Counted from the whole stretch's first letter, positions 27,040 to 40,600 are shown. The stretch: DNA of 63,339 nt, filler included, from Octopus bimaculoides (GCF_001194135.2; 5 parts of 5 records of this genome joined end to end with filler, not necessarily neighbours in it), one strand, 5' to 3'. Numbers and translations: made by a program. Notes: a model not told the origin generated them from the letters alone.

Positions 27040-27114
<75 letters not shown>

Positions 27115-27669
27115 TTACCATTGCAGCGGTTTGAAAAACAGAAAATCTGTTACTTTCATCTTACAGTCAAAGCCATGAGAGTACAGTGTGCAAGAAGTGT
27201 CAATAGCCTTGTCACACTTGCGCTGCCTTCCACAAAAAAAGGACTCCAGCTAGTGAGAGATAACTATCATTTAATGCATACGATTTAAAGATATGAGCTA
27301 CCTTTAGTTCTTGCTTTGGAAACTAGAATCTAGGCAGGTTTGTCTAACACGCCTTGTCTCCAAGCAATCTTTGAACTCTGAGTACATAGGCTATTTTCAA
27401 ATCAGGACGTCGGTACAAGAGAAACCACGAGAAAAAACCAGACGAAGGTAGATACAAAAAATATAAAGGTGAATATAAACGGACAGAAAAGGAAGAAGAT
27501 TAAAATCCTGGTTGTAAAGCCACACTTAAACTAACTGTTGTAAAATTATTCATAGAAGATGGTTCCAAAATCTGTGAGAAAGGTGCTCAATCGAGAGAGG
27601 GCTGTGTGCTCCGGTTCACTGCTCAGTCGAGAGAAGGTGTTATCTTTCGGTTCAACTGAAGACATTTGT

Positions 27670-27830
27670 CTATATGCTAGCATTTCCTGAAAATTTCGAT
27701 CTGGAATCCAGTTGTGCGGTGGAGTACTTAGATCTAGAAAGAATATGCGATCTTCCAGCTACGCATAATTTGCATTTCTTAGATCCATTAACATATGACC
27801 TGGGTTCCTCTACAATTCTCAACTTGATTA
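27670..27830 (-). mobile_element. Penelope-like element, GIY-YIG C-terminal fragment
   Basis: IKLRIVEEPRSYVNGSKKCKLCVAGRSHILSRSK...LDSRS, the same PLE tail motif as at 7645-7845. Confidence 0.8.
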
Positions 27831-28124
27831 TATGTATACATATATATATATATATATANNNNNNNNNNNNNNNNNNNNNNNNNNNNNNNNNNNNNNNNNN
27901 NNNNNNNNNNNNNNNNNNNNNNNNNNNNNNNNNNNNNNNNNNNNNNNNNNNNNNNNNNNNNNNNNNNNNNNNNNNNNNNNNNNNNNNNNNNNNNNNNNNN
28001 NNNNNNNNNNNNNNNNNNNNNNNNNNNNNNNNGATAGATAGATAGATAGATAGATACATACATACATACATACATACATACATACATACATACATACATA
28101 CATACATACATGCATACATACCAA

Positions 28125-29010
28125 TGACATTATCACAGAAGAACAAGCGGCTGGAAAAAAGGGAGTCTGGGGATGTGCCGAGCAATTGCTGATCAGCAAA
28201 ACTGTGATGTCAGAGGTGCGAGCGCATAGGAGGAACCTAAGTTCAATGTAGCTAGACTACAAGAAAGCCTTTGACTCTGTTCTCCACTCATGGATGCTAG
28301 AAGCCCTTCAGCTTGCTAAAGTTAAAGTGAGAATAGTCAAAGCCATAGGGGACCTGACTTCATCGTGGGCCACCATCTTGAAATTAGACACAAGGAGTGA
28401 CTTTATTATCACCCATAGAATACAGTATCGCAAAGGCAAATTCCAAGGAGAAAGCCTCTCTGTGATGTTGTTTATACTTTCTGTAAACCCTTTGTTAAAG
28501 AAGTCTGAAACATATCTCACTGCTTCACAAAGAAGCAGAAATACCAAAATTATACACTGTTTCTTTGTGGATGACTTAATACTTTATGCAAAGAATACGC
28601 ATGAGATGAAAAAGAGCTTTGACCTAGTTACAACATTCTGAAAGGATTAGGGTTGGAGTTTGGTCAAGATAAATGTGGTTATATGAAAAGGGTGGAAAAC
28701 TATAAGCCAGACTAGTAAAACCTCCATCGATGATTTGACTGCTTCCCCTATATTTGACCAGGAATGTTACAAGTATCTAGGGGTGGATGAAAATATATCT
28801 TACAGTGCCATCTGTAGCAAAACGCGTGTCACTAAAGAATACTACAGCCGTATAAAGAAAATTTGGACCTCAGAATTCTCTGCATTCAATAAAACAATTG
28901 CCCACAATGTCTTTGCAGTGCCAGTACTCATATCAAGATTTGAGCTGCTTGATTGGACGCTTGATGAGATCCGAGCCATTTATGTGAAAACCTGAAAAAT
29001 ACTAACAAGC
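28125..29010 (+). mobile_element. R4/Dong-like non-LTR retrotransposon, RT core (defective)
   Basis: IITEEQAAGKKGVWGCAEQLLI, LDYKKAFDSVLHSW, KGKFQGESLSVMLFILSVNPL, HCFFVDDLILYA, YKYLGVDEN, KTIAHNVFAVPVL; several stops and frameshifts. Confidence 0.92.
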
Positions 29011-29064
29011 ACACATATAATGTATTTGCATTGGGACGCCTTCGCATCGAAGATCGGTGATTGT

Positions 29065-29109
29065 CGTACGCTGACGAAGGGCAAATACCCAGAAACTCGA
29101 TTCCGTGCG
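29065..29109 (+). ncRNA. Minimal type I hammerhead ribozyme motif (degenerate)
   Basis: CGTACG-CTGACGA-A-GGG(CAAATA)CCC-A-GAAAC-TCGA-TTC-CGTGCG: 6-bp stem I with one G-U, intact core, 3-bp stem II, near-palindromic helix III with one mismatch. Confidence 0.6.
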
Positions 29110-29458
29110 TACGTATGTATGAATGTGTGCATATACATATGAGCAGAATAGTTTTCATGAAGCATTGTCTGATATATATATATAATTTTTTTTAGAAACA
29201 GGCTTTTAAACCCGAAACAATACAGGTCGATGGTTAGTGCTATTTACTACTGGTATTTCTATATTTGATAGTTAGTATCCATCCTACAGGAAACTAACAG
29301 AGAAATGGTGTTGATTGCAATGACACCAACTATCAACACCTTTACGCCGTCAATTTCCTGGAAAGGGTATGCTATCCCTTAAATATTGAAACAATATACA
29401 TCATTAATGTATATAACTTGCATTATTTTGGCTATAAAAATATTCGAAACGTTCTTCT

Positions 29459-29586
<128 letters not shown>

Positions 29587-30861
29587 GTATGTGTGCACAT
29601 GTGAGGAGGCAACTTGATCAATATTATATAATACAGATCTAAATCTTTCTAATAGGACATACGTTATTAAAAAAGTAAAATGAAATGCTTGGAAGCCGCT
29701 ATCTCGATGCCCTTTCAATACTATATCAAAACAATTTTAATATACATATGTTGCTAATGCTTGAACGGAAAAGTGTGAAAGCTCCTCTTACTACTCAACA
29801 TGAATGTACAATATATAATTTACAACATTAGTTTCAGTTATGAAGGTTTGATGCAAACGGTACTATTGTTGTTGGCTGATATATTTCCCTTAACTTAGTT
29901 CTTTAATGACTGGGGAAAGGGATGAACATCATGTAATCTTACTCTCTTTTAAAAACATTCTTTGGCCTAGTGCCCAGAAAAAATCAATAACAATAGTGAT
30001 TTTGTAAAAGTGTCTAGTATAAAACTTTGGTTAGTTAAGCAATCAGCTGATAACATAAAACAGTAGTTTAACAAAGGAAAACTTATGATATAGGATTCAA
30101 AGAATAGAATCAGACAGTTACACGTAATTTAATATAAAGCATATAAAATGTATCCTGCTTCAATAAGATATTGATAAATTTTCTTCTCTTCTAGTTTCTA
30201 TAGACAAGCACTATCAGATTTGGTTTAAAGTTATATAAATTCATTATAGTTTTCACTTTGTCTAATCATTTGTTTTATTATCATGTATGTCTTGTAGTAT
30301 CATCGCATCAGTTGTGCGTATGTGTATGTATCTAATGTACAAGATGAAACAAATTATAGCTAATTACTAGGAAGAACTGAGAGAGAGAGGGGGGGTGAAG
30401 GGGAGAGAGTGAGAAACAAAATTTGCTTATAGGAAAGGAGAAGAGGATAACTAGTTTTTAATAGTTAAATGTTCTCTGAACCTTCTCACAAACAAGTTGC
30501 CGGAGTGAGTGAAATATAAGTTGTCGGACAAGATAATAGCGGTGAAATAGACAGAAAGCATACAAAGCTGTACGAACGAAAGTGTGCTCCGTTGATCATA
30601 TAAAAGGGACTGGTAGATTATTGGTACACATATGAACTGATATTTATCTCTTGAATAGGAAAAATCATCATTCATTGTAGATGAGATCAGTTTCCATATG
30701 CCTAAAGATGTGAAAAAAGAGATCTATGGTGAAAGAAATTGCATGATTTAACAACTCTTGTATCCTAGCAATGCACTCATTTGTGTATCGTTTACCATGA
30801 GTGTAGCGATAGAAAGAGTGGTGTGAGAGAGTGGGAAATAAAGAGAGAAAGGTAGAGAGAG

Positions 30862-30900
<39 letters not shown>

Positions 30901-31084
30901 AAAAGAGAGAAGAGGGAAAGAGAAAGAGAAAAGAGGGAAAAAGACGACAGGTCTCCATATTTATTTCTATCAGATTCTTTTTCCTTTCCCCACTCTTTCA
31001 TTTTCCTTCTCTCTCTTTCTCCCTCTCTCTCTCCTTCTTTCTACTATGTCGTCTCTTTGCCAATCTACTCTTCTTGCTGCTGTT

Positions 31085-31510
31085 CTCACCGTACCAAGCG
31101 CGACATTTATGACATCTGTAATGTCAAGTCCTTCCATGGATCGGAATGTTGGACAGACCACAGTCTGGTGCAAGCAAAGTTCCGAATGCTAATTAGAGTA
31201 AAAGAGAGAAGAGGACCAGTCAGCATTCCTCGCCGTCTAAATGTCCACAAGGTATATGATGTTGTGGTTAGGAAAGAACATCAGACTCGCTTATCCAACA
31301 TTGAAACTGCTGCAGCATGGGAGGATTTTCGAGACCAGGTTATACAATGTGCAGCCGAAACCCTGGGATATGTTACTGCCAGACACAGAGACTGGTTTGA
31401 CGAGAATGATGCTGAAGTTCAGCGACTATTGGTGGTAAATCGCCATGCTCACAGTGTATTGCTACACAGAGAACTGTCTACTGTGCAGCGAAGTCTAGCA
31501 CTTGCCCACT
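31085..31510 (+). mobile_element. RTE-clade LINE fragment (endonuclease end and linker)
   Basis: RDIYDICNVKSFHGSECWTDHSLV...RRLNV...AAETLGYVTARHRDWFDENDAEVQRLL; the 'CWTDH' and 'H.DWFDEND..I..LL' motifs are typical of RTE. Confidence 0.9.
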
Positions 31511-31555
31511 ANNNNNNNNNNNNNNNNNNNNNNNNNNNNNNNNNNNNNNNNNNNN

Positions 31556-31567
31556 TTAATTAATTAA
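31556..31567. other. Artificial scaffolding linker TTAATTAATTAA (also 40205-40216, 56693-56704, 61254-61265)
   Basis: Each sits in an identical 44N + 12 nt + 44N (100-bp) spacer and gives stops in all six frames. Confidence 0.95.
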
Positions 31568-32110
31568 NNNNNNNNNNNNNNNNNNNNNNNNNNNNNNNNN
31601 NNNNNNNNNNNATATATGTATATATATATATATATATGTATATATACCCATATAATAAGATCATTGTATCAGTGTGAATCCATGTATATATATATATATA
31701 TATATATACACAAACAAAATACACAATACATAGTCAACAACACACAAACTAACAGAGCCATGATACACATGCATTCGAATTAAAATACACACGAACGCAA
31801 ACGCCCGAACATACCGTCTCATACACATATTTATACATGCACACAGAAACAGCAATATATTTACCCGGAAATAGCGAGGTTGGGACGATTGCACGTGCAT
31901 ACACAATGGTATGCTTTAGTAACATGCAAGGAAACAAACAAAGCCAGGACTGAAGAGCAACCCCCCACCTTAAAAAGAAAAAAAATAATAATAAAACAAC
32001 ACTAAAAAATCTTCATTTGTACAGCTTGACTGAGTTCAACTTGGTACACACTGGCTACTAATATTTATGTTTGCTTTATAGCAGAATCCTTTAGTACAAA
32101 TTTCATTGCC

Positions 32111-33435
32111 AAAATGTTTTACTCATACGGACTAAATAGCCGCGAGTTATTGGAATTGTGTAACTAGTTTCTGAGATCAGTTCCTGTCCAGTTACAATCT
32201 GGCTTTCATCATTGGAGGGCAGAATAGAATTAATATGAATCACTACACCAAATGGAATCGATATAAAAGTCCCCTTAAAATTACCATCGTTTTAAATGCA
32301 CTTATACAAAATAACATATTATATCGTAATAATATTTATCATTTACAATTATATAAGCGACGTGTTATCTGAATGGGCTCCCCGTTGGACGAAATATTTA
32401 GAGGCTGTTCCTGTTAGTCTGTACATTCGAAGTTCAAATTCTATCGCGTTGAATATTTCTTTTATTGTTTGCAGTTTGATATAAGCGACTTAAACCACGT
32501 CCTTACCCAAAATTAAAAATAGTTTTTCATAATGATACTTAAGTACATGTTTTTATGCTCATGCATATATGAAGATGTANNNNNNNNNNNNNNNNNNNNN
32601 NNNNNNNNNNNNNNNNNNNNNNNNNNNNNNNNNNNNNNNNNNNNNNNNNNNNNNNNNNNNNNNNNNNNNNNNNNNNNNNNNNNNNNNNNNNNNNNNNNNN
32701 NNNNNNNNNNNNNNNNNNNNNNNNNNNNNNNNNNNNNNNNNNNNNNNNNNNNNNNNNNNNNNNNNNNNNNNNNNNNNNNNNNNNNNNNNNNNNNNNNNNN
32801 NNNNNNNNNNNNNNNNNNNNNNNNNNNNNNNNNNNNNNGTATATGTATATATATGTGTGTGTGTGTGAGTGTGTGTACAGGTACTTATCTCAGAAACTAG
32901 TTACGCAATTCCAATAACTCTTGGGTGTGTATTCCGTATCAATAAAGCATTTTGGGATATGCAACTCGCTGTATTTTGTGTATGGAAACACGTGTAAGTC
33001 GTCATTGTTTGAGTTTTAACTGCCCTTTCTTGCATGTAAGGTTTCCTGTTGAAGGTCACCTCATTTGTATATAAATACGTAGAGAGAGGTAAGCAATAAC
33101 TATAACGATAGAGAACATGGACACTGGTACATCCTCGAAATTTATACAACCTGTTATGATTTTCTGTGCAGCCTCGTTCAGGATCATTCAACCAGTTTGG
33201 CTCGAAGCGAATTGAATTCAGTTTGTTTTAAAATAAGTTATAACTAACTGAATTTATGTTAATTCAATTCTGCCCTGCAATGATGAAAACTAATTTGAAA
33301 CTGGACAGGTACTGATCTCACAAACTAGTTACACAATTCCAATAACTCCCAGCTATTTATTCCGTATGGGTAAAGCATTTTAGTATATGTAACTGGCTAT
33401 ACGCTGTGTATGGGAAACACGCGTAGGTCGTCGTA
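32111..33435. repeat. Locally triplicated unit: 32111-32240 is inverted relative to 33251-33381, with a third direct copy at 32877-33004
   Basis: Shared core GATCTCAGAAACTAGTTACACAATTCCAATAACTC; 7 mismatches over the 83-bp core between the inverted copies. Confidence 0.85.
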
Positions 33436-33797
33436 ATTCTAAAAATATGCTGTATGTATGCATGTATATATTTAATTTTATTTTTTATGCATGTTTGTAC
33501 AGATATAAATATCCACGTTGTGTAAGGCATAGAAAAATATGCTAACATATCAATCAGAAATTATGGAGTTCAAGGAAGACAAAACGACGACGACGACGAC
33601 GACGATGATGATACTGATGATGATGATGATAATGATGATGATGATGATAATGATGATGATTATGATGGTTAGGTTTTCTATATTTACATCTATGAGAATA
33701 CAGAATTAGAAATACAGAAACAGAGATAGACTGAGAGAAACAATAGACACCTACCCCATAACGACGAATGTTAGCATGAGTGTATATACATATATAC

Positions 33798-33846
<49 letters not shown>

Positions 33847-36287
33847 TGTGTTTGCGTGTGTATGGATATATGTGTATATATGTATATATATANNNNNNNN
33901 NNNNNNNNNNNNNNNNNNNNNNNNNNNNNNNNNNNNNNNNNNNNNNNNNNNNNNNNNNNNNNNNNNNNNNNNNNNNNNNNNNNNNNNNNNNNNNNACGTT
34001 AGAGACGAGGGACATAGTGGTATGAAGTAATGAAAACATATTTTTAAAAGTATAAAGTAATATAAGGCTTATGAACAAGAAATATGACGAAGAATGAATG
34101 TTGTGTAGTGCAAAATATTTCTTTTTTTATTATCTTCCATCAGTAAATGTACTTATTGCACGTTTATAAAAGCGAATGGACGCAGAGACTCAGCGAAAAT
34201 ATAAAAAGAATATAATATATACATTTATAATAGAATAACTTTTTAAAAATATATGTACCAAAATATCACGAAAGTAAAAATAAATGGAAACACAAAACAA
34301 AAAACATAATAAAGTACAGAAATTAAAAAGAGAAAGATAAAGTAAAATTAAATCAAAATAATTTCTTGAAAACATATACCAAAATATTATAAGGAAAACC
34401 AATCGGATGTTTTATATTCGTTGTGTTTACATATTTTTCAACGGTATTCACTTATTTGCACTGAGAGATAATTTTTGTGTCTCTTTTTTGATAATCAAGG
34501 TTTCATAAAATAACTACCCGTCATTTGCTTGGGGTCATATCGTTTATTGTGGGGATAGAATACGTGATTTTTTCTGTCATTATTGTTTGAGGTATAAGCC
34601 CATACCTCCGTTAAAAACTACATTTAATATTCTCATCTACATCACGACTTTCTTAGGTACTTCTATTTTCTTGGGCTATATTTTAATTTATTAGAATCTG
34701 GAGGGCTAATTACATTTATTAACATTTATCTTGCCAAAGTAGATAGCAGATATCTCACTAAATTATGACCATCACTAAACTTTTCTCAAATGTCATTTTC
34801 CATTTTTTCAGATCGATTAATTATAAATACATACATACGTATATGTGTGTATATGTATATATATAATATATATANNNNNNNNNNNNNNNNNNNNNNNNNN
34901 NNNNNNNNNNNNNNNNNNNNNNNNNNNNNNNNNNNNNTATATATATGTATATATTTATATATAAGGATATGCAAACGCACACATAGATACATACATAGAT
35001 ACATATTTACATACAAACACACACACACATATATATATATTTATATTAAGGTCATTACGACACATAAATGCCTCACGCTACAAGGGACTCTTAAAGTCAA
35101 AACTACCATAATAAACACATTTTACCGAACGCGAGGAAGTGCAACTCTCGAAGCAAGCGTATTAAAAACAGATTAAGCCGCAAATCATATGATTCCATAC
35201 ACAAAATACACTTTTTAATCGTCAGTGCAGGCATAATCAAGATAGAAAAAAAATGAACAAAAAAATCAACATACCAGATGAACCCCAAATATATTCCATA
35301 TAATACATAGAGTTGTTCACTGTTTATATATCTATGTAAGCGGCGGGATTTTCGAATTACTTATCGGTACACCTTTTTACTCAGAATATATTCATCACTG
35401 AATGTATTCCGGTTAAATTTAAAATTTAAAAAGAGGATAAATATTTATAAGAATTTATCAAGTAGTCAGCGTGAAAAAATCTCATAAGGGAAAATTATTA
35501 ACTATTCCATTTAAATATATTTATATATAATAAGGGCATAAGTATACGTAAATGCCTCACACTACGAGGGACTCTTAAAGATGCTCGCTTCTAGAGTTGC
35601 AATCCCTTGCGATCGGTAAAATGTGCTCATTATGGTAATTTTGACTTTAAGATATATCTTTCAAATTCCATAGGGTCGCACATGCGTGCGAGACAGATTC
35701 CTCATCACTCTCAGCAAGTCAGCTAACATAATTTTGAACTTGGCGTTGTCTGCAATGGTTGCATTCTTCTGAGAAATATATATAGAGAGAATTCACAAAA
35801 AAAAAAAAAAAAATCAGAAGACGAAGACTGGTGGTGTAGACAACAAACAGATGTATTAGTTTAACGCTCGGGACCAAGACGTGCAAACGGCTGTATGTCC
35901 CACTGAAAACCTTTTCCGATGGAATATAAAAACTTACGGACGCGGGGAGAGAAGCGCTTCGAAAAGCAAGTTGATTATATCGAAAATGATGTAATTGATC
36001 AACCCTTGCTTTTGTTTTTTAATAATTACTGTAAGATGAGTGTGTATAACTTTTGACTTAACATAATACACACAAGCATATAATAACACACACACACACA
36101 CACACACATACACACGCACACACAAGTTTGTGTATATGAACATACGCTGATGGATTTACATAAGGAATGCATTTAACTCAATATCAATTCTCTCACAGAA
36201 ATCTGTCATCGATGTTTACGAAAATTTTATCTCACATCCCAATGACCTTACCCTATGCTTCTTTTCTCTCTCACTCATTCTCACTTT

Positions 36288-36339
<52 letters not shown>

Positions 36340-36429
36340 ATGTCTCTCTTTCTCATTGTATTTCTCCTATTGTTCTGAATATATCTCTCACTTTTTCATC
36401 CTTACACGGTATATGCATATATATGTATA

Positions 36430-36480
<51 letters not shown>

Positions 36481-36486
<6 letters not shown>

Positions 36487-36528
36487 TCGACAATCCAGAT
36501 ATATACACACTCGACAATCCAGATATAT
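36481..36528 (+). repeat. Tandem repeat, 2 x 24 bp (ACACACTCGACAATCCAGATATAT)
   Basis: Two perfect units, directly visible. Confidence 0.95.
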
Positions 36529-37889
36529 ACACAAACATACACGCGCAAAAAAGCGATATATCGCTAGATCTTAATCGCACTGATATACACCCATATACAC
36601 ACTATCAATTACACACGCAATTGCACACACAATTTTTAGAAATTCACCTAATATTCCATCACACGTTTCTCTCTCTTTTTTCTTTCTTTCTATCTACTTG
36701 TGTTACTTACTCTCGCCCTTTCTCTCTCTCTCTCTCTCTTACTCTTATTATCTTTCTTTTACTCTCTTCTCCTCTCTCTTACTCCCTCTTTCTCTCTCTT
36801 TATTTCTCCCTCCATCCCTTTCTCACACTCTCTTTCTCTTCCCCTTCAATCCTCACTTCAGCAAAAACAGTTTCCAAAACAGAAGCTCTATATAGTGAAC
36901 GGAACCACTTCCTGTAATCTGCGATTACCTACAATTAAAACATCGATTCTTTAGTGAACGTTCACACTCGGTGACATTAAATTCTTACTTCTTTTGTTCT
37001 TAAACATCTCGTTGTTGCTTATGTTACACTTATTATTGTAGAATGTCAGTTGTTGTTGCTTATATAGATATTCTTCTTGTTAAAATTATTTTAATATTAT
37101 TTTTTCTGCTCTTTCTAATGTTTCTCTAAATGTTATTGGCAATTGTTTAGAGTTTCAGCAATTTTTAACACTATTGCCAACAATGGTTTATACATTGTAA
37201 TTCTCTGTTGCTATTATTGGTTCTGTTTTTGATGTTGTCGTTGTTGTTATTAATCATGTTGATATAACGATTGCACGCAATCGTCAACCACGCGAAGCGT
37301 GACGACACACAAATCCAGCTTTTCACCTCTCCATCTAGTTGCATACAACTTCACTACCCAGTTCGAAAGAAATTAATGAAACCTACGGTGTGCAATAGGA
37401 AATTTTGAACATATATTATGTTCTGTCCCCATTGTTCACTTTCTTCCTGTAAGTTCATTGGATCCAGTGATGGTGTGTCCACAGCATAGGTCAATGGAGT
37501 ACACAAGGTGTCTGTTCTATCAACCAGCCTTTTACACCTACACATACCACGAACTTCCCAAACATCAACATATAATTCTGACATCAGTATATGTATAATA
37601 AATCACACACACGCACACACACACACACATACACACACATATCACTTCATATAATGATGCATCCCTGTTCTAACACAAATCGCCTTCTATGCCTGCATCT
37701 TGTGCTGTTGTAGTTGTGCTTATTCAGGTCTGGAGCTAGAGACCCTACAAAAACTATGGCTGCTTTTTGAGCATGTGTTCCATAAATGTGTCCAGACCCT
37801 GTCAGAAATGCAGTGGGTTGAGGATGTTGCTCTCACATTTGTCTGAATGTTGTTTATGTGTCTATGTGTTTAGAGGTACATTTTCTTAT

Positions 37890-38674
37890 GAATTTGGTCA
37901 TTCAACCATTCATCGATACCTGTGTGCCATCAGAAAAGTCTACAAATTGGGTCAATGGTTTCCTCACAAACTTTACGAGTATAATCGCGCTCAGAGAGTG
38001 TATGTGTGCTCTTCTTTGCTGCCAAGTCTCACGAATAAGCATTTTTTTTAATGAATGGTACTGGTAACGAGAAATAGGTTCTCTATAGATATGTCATGCG
38101 CCGAGACAGTGGGTAGGAAAAGGAGAAACACTGGCACTCCAAACTAAAGTAGGTATTCACCCATGTGCTATTATCTGTTTGGTGGGATATGAAATGTTTC
38201 GTCCACTTTGAACTTTTAGACCCAAACCAAACGGTAAGGAAGGAGGTCTACTACGAGCAGCTTCAGCGGCTTAAGTTTTCAAGACGAAAGGTATTTTTCC
38301 ATCAGAATAATACTTGGCCACATACAGCGAGGATGACATTCCAAACGCTGGAGAAGTTTGAATGGGAAGCGATGCCCCACCTATCATGTTCGCTGGAGAT
38401 TGCCTCATATGATTATCCTTTATTCAGCAGTCTTCAAACTCATTTGAACGGGAAAATATGAATTGTGTAGACGAGGTCAGAACAGTCCTTGAGGAGTATT
38501 TTTCGTCACGGACAAGTGAATTTTGGAAGAGGGGTCTAGTAACTCTACCAAACAGATGGAAAGGCATTGTAGAAAATGATGAAGAGTATATTTTAGATTA
38601 AAAAAGAACATTGTTTATTTACTTTTGAAAATTAAAGAAGTATAAAAAAACCGCATTGTTTTGGGGATGGCCCA

Positions 38675-38675
<1 letters not shown>
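37890..38675 (+). mobile_element. Mariner transposon, 3' two-thirds (defective D,D34D transposase plus right TIR)
   Basis: GQWFPHKL (WVPHEL motif), MVTGNEK*, MLLSVWWDMK, FFHQNNTWPH, SLEIASYDYPLF (YSPDLAPSDY motif). Ends CCGCATTGTTTTGGGGATGGCCCAA followed by TA. Confidence 0.92.
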
Positions 38676-38706
<31 letters not shown>

Positions 38707-38715
38707 ATGTGTGTG

Positions 38716-38750
<35 letters not shown>

Positions 38751-39921
38751 GTGTATGTGTGTGTTTCTGTTTGTGTATATATATATATATATAAATATAT
38801 GCATCGTGTTCGCCTTTTATTGCAGTAGTTCATAATTCGCATCACTAATAAATTAAACATAAACTGATGATATTTAACACGGGTTAACGCATTCACAATC
38901 AGCGACAAGTAGCACCGTTAGGAAACATAAAAAAACATCAAGGTAAACAACCAAGTATTTAGGATTACTCCTTTATTACGATTCGCATTTATAATACCTC
39001 CTTCGGTGATACTTAGCAGATTTCCCCTTAATCACGTATTGGTTACATCAATAGAGTTTCTTTAGTTTAATACCTCAAAAAGTTTAAATTTATTTTTCGT
39101 TCTCACATTTAATTCTCTAATTATATTTAGTTTAGCTTAGAGTAATACTTAATCCCTCAGTTTTGTTTAATTCTTTATATGTTTATTCATGTAGGTTTTG
39201 GCATTTTACTGTTTGTGGCCCTTTTTTATGCTTTTCATTCTAGTAGATTTTCTTTAATTTATTCCTGTACTTGTATTTCTTTGAATTCGAAGTGCATAAA
39301 GTAATTCGAATTTTTGTTTTCATTTCTTTTAACATGCATTTACTTTGTATGATGTTAATATTTTCATTTAATTTTTATTTTCAAATTTCAAGTTCCTAAA
39401 CACACCTTTCATTTGGTGTGAGTATGTATACACACACATGCATAAATACATGTGTGTATGCAAAACGCCCGCCCGTGCGTGTACATACGTGCGTATGTTG
39501 GGCGGTAGGCAGGCTGGTCGGTAGGTATGAAATTAGGTAGGTATAATCTGAATTTGTTTCAATTTGTTTTCTTAACGTTCACCTGCTTTAATGACACTTC
39601 TCTTATCTTTTACCATCTTCCTAATTTTAGCACTCTGTCTCTCAGTTACTATCTTTCACTTTCTTCATATCCATTATGCTGTTTGAATTTATCGCAGTTT
39701 TTTCTATTAATTCTATCTTTCTCTCTCCCTCTCTCGCTTTGTTTCCCACTTTCGCGTAGTATCTTCATTTGATAATTTTCAAATAATTATTATTTATCAA
39801 ATGTCATAGTTTTTTGGTATAAAAATAATCAACCAGTAAATTTTATTACATTGAACTAATTACGATTGATGTGTAACTATACGCATGCTTAAGCATAAAA
39901 ATTCACATATAACTAAGCATG

Positions 39922-39969
<48 letters not shown>

Positions 39970-40521
39970 ATAATATAAATAATATATAAATATATGCACA
40001 TATCCATACACATATGTACATACCTACATATATATGTATACATACATGCGTATATGGGTACAGGACATAGAAAAATGTTAAACAGAATGAGAAACGAGAC
40101 ATGCAACATAAAACGTATGTTGTCAGTTGTCATTGTTTCATCTACTCTGCGTATGTATATNNNNNNNNNNNNNNNNNNNNNNNNNNNNNNNNNNNNNNNN
40201 NNNNTTAATTAATTAANNNNNNNNNNNNNNNNNNNNNNNNNNNNNNNNNNNNNNNNNNNNGAGGAGGAGGAGGAGGAGGAGGAGGAGGAGGAGGACAAGA
40301 AAGAGGACGAAGAGGAGGATAGGCGAAAGCCAATAGTTTATTGTCTGTTGTTTACACAGTTCACCGTTTACAATCTCAAATTGCATATGTGAGGAATGTA
40401 ACTCACTTTTCCCATCCACAATCATCTCAATAACAAATAACAAAGTAATTATTTGTTCACAACGAAAATATCTTAGACTATAGACTACAATAATATAAAT
40501 AAGAACAACAATTGAAATTAT

Positions 40522-40557
<36 letters not shown>

Positions 40558-40600
40558 TATTATTATTATTATTATTATCATTATTATTGTTATTATAATT

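Noticed and set aside
31556-31567. Recurrent TTAATTAATTAA motif isolated between gaps (4 copies)
   Set aside because: Fixed 44N-12-44N spacer with six-frame stops, so it is an assembly linker. It also means order and distance across these joins are unverified.
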